Shown: piece after piece, positions 16,489 through 24,372 of the stretch
Numbering within the stretch: the stretch's first letter is position 1
How the letters are laid out: every line of letters begins with the position of its first letter
DNA from: Chloroflexia bacterium
GTDB lineage: Bacteria; Chloroflexota; Chloroflexia; QHBQ01; JADMIH01
Direction: 5' to 3'
Assembly: GCA_036388595.1 (NCBI GenBank)
Contig: DASVRN010000269.1
Coordinates: forward strand, 1,628-65,627
DNA: 64,000 nt
Made by a program: the position numbers and the translations under genes
Notes under the pieces: generated by a model
Told to the model about the DNA's origin: nothing
Databases searched by the model: none
What the model saw: the letters and a program-made list of their open reading frames with translations, nothing else

Positions 16489-18306
16489 ATGGTCACAAAA
16501 GCAGTTCCGACACGCTCGGAAATAGCTGACGAGCACAAGTGGGACCTGGAAGCGATTTACAGCCAGGACGTAACCTGGGAAGAGGACTTCAATTCGCTCA
16601 TGCCCCTGGTGGAGCGGCTGTCGAGCTACCGTGGCAGGCTTGGGGAGAGCGCCGAGACCCTGCTGGAAGCGTTGCGGTTGCGCGACGAACTGGGCCAGGT
16701 ACTTGAGCGGGTCATCGTATACGCCAAGATGCGCCGGGACGAAGATAACTCCAACGCGCAGTACCAGGCCCTCTCCGACAGGGCTTTCGCGCTGTACGCA
16801 CGCGTGCAGGAGGCGCTGGCGTTCGTCAGCCCCGAGCTGCTGAGCGTGGGGCAGGAGAAGATAACCGGCTTCATGCAGGAGCTTGAGCCGCTGAAGCTGC
16901 ACGAGCACGAGATGGACGACCTCTTCCGCGAGAAGGAGCACATGCTCAGCGAACGGGAGGAGGCCCTGTTGGCGGGGGCGGGCGAGATAGCCGGAGGCCC
17001 CGAGACCACCTTCGACATGCTCACCACCACCGATATGGTGTACGGCACGATCAAGGACGAAGAGGACTCCGATGTGGAGTTGAGCCACGGGCGCTACATC
17101 CGCTACATCATGTCGTCCGACCGCCGGGTGCGCCGCGATGCCTTCCTCACCTACCACAAGGCGTACTCACAGAACCGCAACACGATAGCCAGCACGTACG
17201 CGACCCAGGTGAAGGCAGATATCTTCTTCTCCAGGGCGCGCAAGTATGGCTCCTCGCTGGAGATGTCCCTGTCAAAGGACAACATCCCGCTGAGCGTCTA
17301 CACCGGGCTGATTGATGCCGTACACGAGAACCTGCCGCAGATACAGCGGTACCTTGAGCTGCGCAAGCGCGTGCTCCAGCTCGACGAGTTGCACATGTGG
17401 GACTTGCACGTGCCGATGCTGCCCGAAATCAACGAGGAGATTCCGTACGACCGTGGCACGCAGATGGTAAGCGACTCCCTCGCCCCGCTGGGTGCCGAGT
17501 ACAACGCGGCGGTGCGGGAGGGCTTTACCTCGCGCTGGTCCGACGTGTTCGAGTCGGTGAACAAGACCTCCGGCGCCTATAGCTGGGGCACCTATGGCGT
17601 GCACCCCTTCATCCTGCTGAACTACCAGGACACGTTGCGCGACGTTTTCACCGTGGCGCACGAGATGGGGCATGCCATTCACTCCTACTTCTCCAACAAG
17701 AACCAGCCTTTCCTGTACGCGGGCTACACGCTCTTCGTGGCCGAGGTGGCTTCCACGCTGAACGAGGAGTTACTCATTCATCACCTGCTGACCAACTCGG
17801 ACGACAAGAACGTGAAGCTGGCAGTGGTGAACTACAGCCTGGAGCAGTTCAGGACCACCCTTTACCGCCAGACGATGTTCGCGGAGTTCGAGAAGATCGC
17901 GCACGAGCGGGCGGAGGCGGGCGAGGCACTCACGGCGGATATGCTGTCGGAGGTGCACTACGACCTCAACAAGCAGTACTATCCCGGCGTGAACGTGGAC
18001 CCGGAGATTGCGATAGAGTGGGCGCGCATACCGCACTTCTACCGCAGCTTCTACGTCTACAAATACTCCACGGGTATGTCGGCGGCGGTGGCGCTTTCGC
18101 AGCAGATCATCAACGAAGGCCAGCCCGCGGTGGACCGCTACCTGCGCTTCCTGAGCCGGGGCGGCAGCGACTACTCGATCAACCTGCTGCGCGACGCCGG
18201 GGTGGACATGGCATCTCCCGACCCGGTGCGCCAGGCGCTCCAGATGTTCGGCAAGCGGCTCGACCAGATGGAGTCGCTGCTGGGCATCGGTGAAGCGGTA
18301 GCATAA
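16489..18306 (+). CDS. pepF: Oligoendopeptidase F (M3B family); start at ATG 16489 (RBS AGGAGA)
   Basis: HEMGH zinc motif (TVAHEMGHAIHSYF); N-terminal KWDLEAIY...; length and FAEFEKIAHE fit PepF. Confidence 0.8.
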   Translation: MVTKAVPTRSEIADEHKWDLEAIYSQDVTWEEDFNSLMPLVERLSSYRGRLGESAETLLEALRLRDELGQVLERVIVYAKMRRDEDNSNAQYQALSDRAFALYARVQEALAFVSPELLSVGQEKITGFMQELEPLKLHEHEMDDLFREKEHMLSEREEALLAGAGEIAGGPETTFDMLTTTDMVYGTIKDEEDSDVELSHGRYIRYIMSSDRRVRRDAFLTYHKAYSQNRNTIASTYATQVKADIFFSRARKYGSSLEMSLSKDNIPLSVYTGLIDAVHENLPQIQRYLELRKRVLQLDELHMWDLHVPMLPEINEEIPYDRGTQMVSDSLAPLGAEYNAAVREGFTSRWSDVFESVNKTSGAYSWGTYGVHPFILLNYQDTLRDVFTVAHEMGHAIHSYFSNKNQPFLYAGYTLFVAEVASTLNEELLIHHLLTNSDDKNVKLAVVNYSLEQFRTTLYRQTMFAEFEKIAHERAEAGEALTADMLSEVHYDLNKQYYPGVNVDPEIAIEWARIPHFYRSFYVYKYSTGMSAAVALSQQIINEGQPAVDRYLRFLSRGGSDYSINLLRDAGVDMASPDPVRQALQMFGKRLDQMESLLGIGEAVA

Positions 18307-18317
18307 GGCAAGTTCCG

Positions 18318-18368
18318 GCACGAAAAAGACAGAGCTGTGACTTTGCTCCGGCTCTGTCTTTCCGTCTG
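18318..18368 (+). terminator. Terminator-like hairpin 3' of pepF (10-bp stem AAGACAGAGC/GCTCTGTCTT, 15-nt loop, weak T tract)
   Basis: aagacagagctgtgactttgctccggctctgtctttccgtc. Confidence 0.35.
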
Positions 18369-18374
18369 ACAAAA

Positions 18375-18403
18375 TTGACAGAAACAGGGTTCTTAGGTAT
18401 AAT
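18375..18403 (+). promoter_or_regulatory. Perfect sigma70 consensus promoter TTGACA-17-TATAAT upstream of tRNA(CAU)
   Basis: ttgaca gaaacagggttcttagg tataat; about 45 nt upstream of the tRNA. Confidence 0.7.
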
Positions 18404-18449
18404 ATTTCGGTCCCTCGTGCGTCTGAATGTATGGAGGGAAGCAGTTCCG

Positions 18450-18521
18450 TGGCGAGGTAGCTCAGTGGCAGAGCAGGGGACTCATAAGCCCTTGGTCGGC
18501 AGTTCAAATCTGCCCCTCGCC
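18450..18521 (+). tRNA. tRNA with CAU anticodon, most likely tRNA-Ile2 (lysidine-modified, k2CAU) rather than elongator Met; CCA not encoded
   Basis: GGCGAGGTAGCTCAGTGGCAGAGCAGGGGACTCATAAGCCCTTGGTCGGCAGTTCAAATCTGCCCCTCGCCA closely resembles E. coli ileX (D arm and TTGGTCG..GGTTCAA.TC T region); it sits immediately 5' of tilS. Confidence 0.8.
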
Positions 18522-18641
18522 ACTTTTGTATTTAAGCCTCCTATACCGCACCCGCCTGCGCAGTCCTCCTCTTGCCCCGGTGCGGCACTCTTCTACTGAA
18601 CATCAACTCCCCTAAGCATTCGTGAGAGGCCGATAGCACTA

Positions 18642-20210
18642 ATGTCTCTGCTGGCCGAGTCAGTCGCAAGAGAGGCCCGAGTAGCGGGCTTGTTCGACCT
18701 GCTGAGTGCGGCTCCCCTGGTCGTGGCGGTGTCGGGCGGGGCAGATTCGCTTGCTCTGCTCAGCATCTTGCGCGAGCTACGGGGTAATAGTGCTCGTCAG
18801 ACGTTGCACGTGGCTCACCTCGATCACAGCTTCCGGGGTGATGAGAGCGCCGCAGATGCCCGGTTCGTTGCAGAGTTAGCGGAGGCTTGGGGGCTACCCT
18901 GTACCACTGGGCGCTTTGACGTGCCTGCCTATGCCGCATCTCGCAAATTGTCAGCCGAGGACGCGGCCCGCCGTGTGCGTTACGCATTCCTGGCCGGGGT
19001 GGCCCATCAGCGCGGCGGCACGGTGGCCGTGGCCCACAACGCGTACGACCAAGCCGAAACGGTGCTCATGCACCTGCTGCGCGGCTCGGGCATAGGTGGG
19101 CTGGCGGGTATGCGCATGTTGAGTGAGCCTCCCGTTGCTACGGGCGACTCGGCTTTGGGTCCGCTGTTGGGTAAGGACAGTTTCTCAAGTGTCCGTCTGT
19201 TTCGTCCCCTACTCGGTACGTGGAGAGCAGAGATTGAAGCCCACTGCAAGCAAGCGGGCCTTGAGCCTCGGCTGGACGCGACCAACCTGGACACGGCCTA
19301 CCGGCGTAACTTCATCCGGCATGAGGTCTTACCCCCGCTTGAGGCGGCAAGCCCGCAGGTCAAGCGCCACCTGGTGCGGCTGGCGAACATCGCGGCGGCT
19401 GAGGATGACGTGTTGCGGGGCCTCACCAATCAGGAGTGGGACCGGCTTGGCATAGACCTGGAAAGGGGTTCCAGGGCCAGTGTCTCCTCACAGGCCCTTG
19501 CGGGTCTTCCTACCGGCCTGTCCCGGAGAATGGTCCGGCGCATGATTCAAGAGGTCGCGGGACATACCGAGGGGCTAGATTTTAACCAAGTGGAGGCGGC
19601 GTTGCAAGTCCTATCCGGTGCTCCTGGAGACCCTGGCGCCGTGGACATCGTTGGAGGGTTGCGGGTTAAACGAGTGGCTGGATTAGGAGTGGTGGAGCGT
19701 CGGAAGGCCGACTATGCCGGGGATTTAGCGCAAGTTCCGGGGGGCACATTGGACCGGCCCCTGATGTCCGTCGGGTGCACCATGACGCTCGAAATCGGAA
19801 GCACAACCACGCTGGCGAACGGCTGGACCGCGAGCGTGGAGGTGATAGAGCACAGCAGCTCGGCCTCTACTCCGGGCGATTACCTTGCGTTGTTCGACCT
19901 GGACGCACTTCCACCTGATGCCCAGGTTGTGCTGCGAACGCGGGCGCCGGGCGACGACATCCGGCCCTTTGGTATGGTCGGGCGCAAGAAGTTGCAGGAC
20001 GTGCTGGTTGATGCTAAAATCCCCAGGGAAGTGAGGGCTTACCTGCCGGTAGTGGCCCTGCACGGCCCGCACGCGGAGGTGTTGTGGGTGCCCGGCCCCG
20101 GTGGCAGGCGCGCCGCTATCGCGCCCGTCACCGGGCACACGCGCCGGTTGCTGTGCATCGAGTTTAGACCGCCAACAGAGCCAGGCCAGGAGGCAGAGGG
20201 CAGCGCATGA
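18642..20210 (+). CDS. tilS: tRNA(Ile)-lysidine synthetase with C-terminal extension
   Basis: PP-loop SGGADS (VVAVSGGADSLALLSIL); conserved tilS-hpt gene order. Confidence 0.8.
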   Translation: MSLLAESVAREARVAGLFDLLSAAPLVVAVSGGADSLALLSILRELRGNSARQTLHVAHLDHSFRGDESAADARFVAELAEAWGLPCTTGRFDVPAYAASRKLSAEDAARRVRYAFLAGVAHQRGGTVAVAHNAYDQAETVLMHLLRGSGIGGLAGMRMLSEPPVATGDSALGPLLGKDSFSSVRLFRPLLGTWRAEIEAHCKQAGLEPRLDATNLDTAYRRNFIRHEVLPPLEAASPQVKRHLVRLANIAAAEDDVLRGLTNQEWDRLGIDLERGSRASVSSQALAGLPTGLSRRMVRRMIQEVAGHTEGLDFNQVEAALQVLSGAPGDPGAVDIVGGLRVKRVAGLGVVERRKADYAGDLAQVPGGTLDRPLMSVGCTMTLEIGSTTTLANGWTASVEVIEHSSSASTPGDYLALFDLDALPPDAQVVLRTRAPGDDIRPFGMVGRKKLQDVLVDAKIPREVRAYLPVVALHGPHAEVLWVPGPGGRRAAIAPVTGHTRRLLCIEFRPPTEPGQEAEGSA

Positions 20211-20848
20211 CACCCGAACTAGAATATATCGAGGAGGCCGTAGTGCCGCCACTTTCAAGGGACATCCGGAGCGATATCGACCACATCCTCGTCACCGAGG
20301 AAGACCTTAACAGGGCGATTGGGGAACTGGGGCGCACCCTCGCGCGGGAGTACGCGGGCAAGGAACTGCTGCTAGTCGGCGTGCTCAGGGGCGCGATCAT
20401 GTTCATCGTGGACCTGGCGCGGGCCATCGACCTGCCACTGACGATGGACTTCATGGCCGTGGCCTCGTACGGCGCTTCCACCGAGACCAGCGGCATCGTG
20501 CGCATCTTGAAGGACCTAGATAGCTCCATCGAGGGCAAGCACGTGCTCGTGGTGGAGGACATCATCGACAGCGGCCTCACCCTCAACTACATCCTGGACA
20601 CGCTGAAGACGCGCAACCCCGCGTCGGTGCGCGTGGCCGCCCTGCTGAACAAGCCCGCCCGCCGACGGGTGGCCGTGGGGGTGGACTACGTCTGCTTCGA
20701 CATCCCCGACGAGTTCGTGGTGGGGTATGGTCTCGACTTCAACCAGATTTACCGCAACCTGCCTTTCGTGGGCGTGCTCAAGCCCGAAGCCTACTTGAAC
20801 GGCGGGCACGAGGCGGGCGAGGACGAGGGCGCTGAAACCGAGATCTAG
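20207..20848 (+). CDS. hpt: Hypoxanthine-guanine phosphoribosyltransferase
   Basis: LLVGVLRGAIMFIVDLARAI, VLVVEDIIDSGLTL PRPP-binding motif; start overlaps the tilS stop. Confidence 0.85.
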   Translation: MTPELEYIEEAVVPPLSRDIRSDIDHILVTEEDLNRAIGELGRTLAREYAGKELLLVGVLRGAIMFIVDLARAIDLPLTMDFMAVASYGASTETSGIVRILKDLDSSIEGKHVLVVEDIIDSGLTLNYILDTLKTRNPASVRVAALLNKPARRRVAVGVDYVCFDIPDEFVVGYGLDFNQIYRNLPFVGVLKPEAYLNGGHEAGEDEGAETEI

Positions 20849-21002
20849 CAGCACTGGGAGGGGTCTCGCATGGCTCCTCCCGCCGCTGTTCTTCCTCGCC
20901 TGGGCCGTCGCCTTCTCGTTTCCCCTGGTCCTGCACCTGGGCGACTCCGTAATCCTCTCGCGGGGCAGCGATGCGTGGCTGCACCTGTGGGACCTCTGGT
21001 GG

Positions 21003-22973
21003 GTGGACAAGGCGCTGGTGGACCTCCAGCAGAACCCCTACCAGACGACCTATCTCTACCACCCCACCGGCCTCAACCTCTATTACCACTCCCTCAATCT
21101 GCTGAACGCCCTCGTCTCGATACCGTTACAGCACCTCTTCAACCTGACCGCCGCCTTCAACCTGCTGGTGCTGGCAAACCTCACGCTCGATGGGCTGGCC
21201 GCATACTGGCTGTGCCGCGAGCGCACGGGGTCAATGGAGGCGGGGCTTGTAGGTGGCGCGCTGTTCGCCTCTACCCCGCTGCTCGGCACCTCCCTCGATT
21301 TCGGGCAGTTGGACGAGGTCACGGTCTGGTGGGTGCCGCTTTATATGCTTGCGCTATGGCGGGCGCTGGACAGTCCCGGACCGGTGTGGAAGCCGGGGGG
21401 AGGCAGGCGAGCGTCCGTCTGTGCGGGATTGTGCCTGGTGGGGGCGTCGCTGGCTACGTGGTACTTTACCGCCGGGCTGGTGGTCTTTTCGGCCTTCTTC
21501 GTGCCCCTTCACCTGCTACAAAGGGATGGTGGGGGCACCCGGCAGTACATGGCGCGGTTGTGGAACGCGGGCCTCAAGGTTGGGGTAGCGGTGGCGCTCT
21601 TCGTGGTGCTGCTGAGTCCCCTGCTCTGGGCGATGATAAATGAGCGTCTTTCAGGCGAGACCTACATGCTACCCGCGCTAAGGACCACCATCTTCAATTC
21701 GGCTGACGTGCTGGCACTCTTCGCGCCGCCCCAGGTGGAACTGCCCGAGTTGAACGCCCACAACAGCACAGTGGCGTTAGGATACATAGCTATCGTGCTG
21801 GGCGTACTGGGGCTTGTGGTGCGCCGCAACCTCGCCCTGCCCCTGGGTGTGGCGTTGCTGGCGCTTATCGTCATGTCGCTCGGCCCGGTGCTCCAGGTCG
21901 CGGGCAGCGAGACTGGCGTGCCGATGCCTTATGCCGTGCTGAACAACGTGCCGTTCATCGGTGCCTCCCGACAGCCGCTGAGGTTCCTGGCGACCGCCGG
22001 CATGGTCCTGTCGCTCCTGGGGGCATATGGGTTCGCCTGGTGGATGGGTCGCCTTCGAAGTTCCGGCTTGCGGGCGCGGGTCACGGCGGGGATACTTCTG
22101 CTCGTCGCTATAGAGCTATTCGGAGTGCCGAGGCAGCTTGCTACGACACAGGCAGGTGAAGCGGTCGATTTCTTGCGGTCGAGCGCAGAGGCCGGTGCGG
22201 TCGTTGAGGTCCCTTTCGAGAATTATTCGGCCCTGTCCCTCCTGCACCAGACCGTACACGAGCGTCCAATCGTCGGCGGCTACACCTCGCGCCACTTCCC
22301 GTACCCCTTCGCGGACGCGGCACCGGGACTTGCTCAACTCGTACGCGAAGACCCGGCCCCGATGGTGGGAGCGGATGTCCTGCTGCCCGCTGTGCCTGAG
22401 ACGGCGCGTGGGAGCCTGGAATTTTACGGCATGCGCTACGTGGTGGTGCACAAGGGTGATCTGGCGACGGGCCGCTACGGGCAGCTAGAGGCGGTATTGG
22501 AGGCGCTGTTCGGCGGCGAGACCCCGGCCTACGAGGACGCGGATGTCGCTATTTACAGGGCAGCGGGACGAGAGGTTGCGGCAGGCGAGCAGTTGCCACT
22601 CGTGGGCCTGGGGAGTGGCTGGCACAGCGTGGAGCCGGACCCGACGCACAGGTGGACCGGCAGCAACGTGACCGACGGCAACGGGCTTGTCTGGATCGGT
22701 ATCCCGCCCGCGGCCGAGGGCACTTATCGCCTGCAAATGACCGCTTACGCCTACGACAAGCCCAGGACGCTCAGCATAGAGCTAGACGGCAGGTTGTTGG
22801 CTCAGCAGGCGCTTACCCCCGCCTTCACGGAGCTGGATATCGACCTGGGTCACCTGCGTACGGGCAACCACATCCTCTTGCTGAAGGCCCACGAGCCACC
22901 CGACAGCCCGCCCGGCGACGAGCGGAGACTGGCTATCGGCACGACTCGCCTGGCTATCGTGCGACAGCCCTAG
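21003..22973 (+). CDS. Large polytopic membrane protein (about 11 TM plus a 250-aa C-terminal soluble domain), GT-C-like, homologous to the 53372-55621 gene; the true N-terminus probably lies near 20870 (see findings)
   Basis: Hydrophobicity pattern; the N-region GSDAWLHLWDLWWVDKALVDLQQNPYQTTYLYHPTGLNLYYHSLNLLNALVSIPLQ aligns with the N-region of the 749-aa protein at 53372-55621. Confidence 0.5.
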   Translation: MDKALVDLQQNPYQTTYLYHPTGLNLYYHSLNLLNALVSIPLQHLFNLTAAFNLLVLANLTLDGLAAYWLCRERTGSMEAGLVGGALFASTPLLGTSLDFGQLDEVTVWWVPLYMLALWRALDSPGPVWKPGGGRRASVCAGLCLVGASLATWYFTAGLVVFSAFFVPLHLLQRDGGGTRQYMARLWNAGLKVGVAVALFVVLLSPLLWAMINERLSGETYMLPALRTTIFNSADVLALFAPPQVELPELNAHNSTVALGYIAIVLGVLGLVVRRNLALPLGVALLALIVMSLGPVLQVAGSETGVPMPYAVLNNVPFIGASRQPLRFLATAGMVLSLLGAYGFAWWMGRLRSSGLRARVTAGILLLVAIELFGVPRQLATTQAGEAVDFLRSSAEAGAVVEVPFENYSALSLLHQTVHERPIVGGYTSRHFPYPFADAAPGLAQLVREDPAPMVGADVLLPAVPETARGSLEFYGMRYVVVHKGDLATGRYGQLEAVLEALFGGETPAYEDADVAIYRAAGREVAAGEQLPLVGLGSGWHSVEPDPTHRWTGSNVTDGNGLVWIGIPPAAEGTYRLQMTAYAYDKPRTLSIELDGRLLAQQALTPAFTELDIDLGHLRTGNHILLLKAHEPPDSPPGDERRLAIGTTRLAIVRQP

Positions 22974-24290
22974 CCCCTCGGAATGGAGGCTGCCCTCAAC
23001 CAGGCGACCTCTAGCTGCTCGGCAACCGGGCCGAGTCTAAGTCCCTCAGCGACCTTCAACCCGTTGTCCCTTACCCGGCCGTACAGGTCTGACTCGGTGA
23101 GCAGGCGGATAATTGCATCCGCTATGGCCTGGGCGCTTCGTGGGGCTACTGCCATGGTGGCTTCGTATGGGGCGAGGTAGGAGGCCGCGCCGGTGGTCTC
23201 GCTCACCACGGTGGGGGTGCCGACCGCCGCCGCTTCGAGTGCGACCCTGTGCAGCGCCTCCACTACGCTTGGAGAGGTCACTACGTCGGCCCCGGCCAGG
23301 TGCTGCCTCACGTCAGGGTGGGCCACCTGCCCGGTGAAAATCAGGTGTTGCGCCACACCCAAATCGACCGCCCTCTTGAACAGGAACTCCCGGTAGTCGC
23401 CGTAGTTCTCGGTGCTCCTCGACGGCCCGCACAGCACGAACCACGGCACCGCCCTACCCTTCGCGCGCATGGCAGAGGCCACCAGGGGTATCGCATCCAC
23501 CAGATACTCCAACCCCTTGAACGGGTGCAGGCGGCTGAGCGACATGACTACCGGGCTGGGAAGCCCGATGCCGTAACGCTCGGACAGGTGTGCGCGACTG
23601 TGCCGCCTGAACTCGTCCAGGTCAACCACCGGCGGGGGGAAGGCGTTGTCCTCCAGCACACGAGGCACCATCACGATACGCGCTCGCTCGGCCAGGCGCT
23701 CGCCCAGCAGGTACCCTATCATGAAGGGCGAGTTCACCCGTATCAGGGCCGCCCGCCGCAACGCCAGGTTCACGGCCGCGCGAGGTAGCCGGAAGCGGCG
23801 GTAGCCGTAGTCGTTCTCGGGTAGCTCGATCACGTCCGCTCCCTGTGCGTTGGCTAGGTAAGGGGTCTTGCCCGCAGCGATTGCGGCCACCGCCCCGAAG
23901 GGGTAGACCCCCTCGACGTGCAGCAGGTCGTAGCGGTGTCGCTTCAGGTGGCGGCGCAGGGCGGAGAGGAGAGTGAAGGTGTGCTCGTACTTGAGGAAGT
24001 GCCCGGCGGCCCGCCTCACAAGCCCTGTCACGCGCCCGCCGGTGGTCGCGAGGTTTACCCGGTAGGTCGTCACGCCTGAGTAGGCTGTGCGGCTGTACCT
24101 GGGAACGCCCGGCTCGTTGATCTGGGTCAGCACCTCAACGTCGTGGCCTTTCGCCTTCAGGGCCAGTATCGCCTGTTCGTGCCCCACGTTGCCCATGAGG
24201 TCGGGGCTGTACGAGCCTATGAAGTAGAGCACGCGCAGGCTGCTGGCGGCGGCCACGCTCCCCGGCCCGTGTGATGTGTCTGGTATGGTC
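22970..24290 (-). CDS. GT4-family (GT-B fold) glycosyltransferase; start at ATG 24290 just after the S-layer gene terminator
   Basis: LRVLYFIGSY N-domain and E..7..E-like C-domain region (ALHRVALEAAAVGTPTVVSETTGAASYL). Confidence 0.65.
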
Positions 24291-24310
24291 ATGGGTGCAT
24301 TATATAACAG

Positions 24311-24351
24311 CGGGCAAAGCAAACACCCCACCGTGTAAGAACGGTGGGGTG
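24311..24351 (-). terminator. Rho-independent terminator of the SLH-protein gene (10-bp GC-rich stem CACCCCACCG/CGGTGGGGTG, then TTTGCTTTGCCC on the minus strand)
   Basis: Seen directly, 20 nt 3' of the stop codon at 24373. Confidence 0.6.
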
Positions 24352-24372
24352 TCTGATAGCGACCTGTGAGGC

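Noticed and set aside
20870-21643. 257-aa Pro/Arg/Gly-rich ORF starting at the only ATG after hpt
   Set aside because: Composition is typical of an out-of-frame reading of a high-GC membrane-protein gene; the overlapping frame (21003-22973) has clear TM-protein character; kept only as evidence for a start-site or frameshift problem
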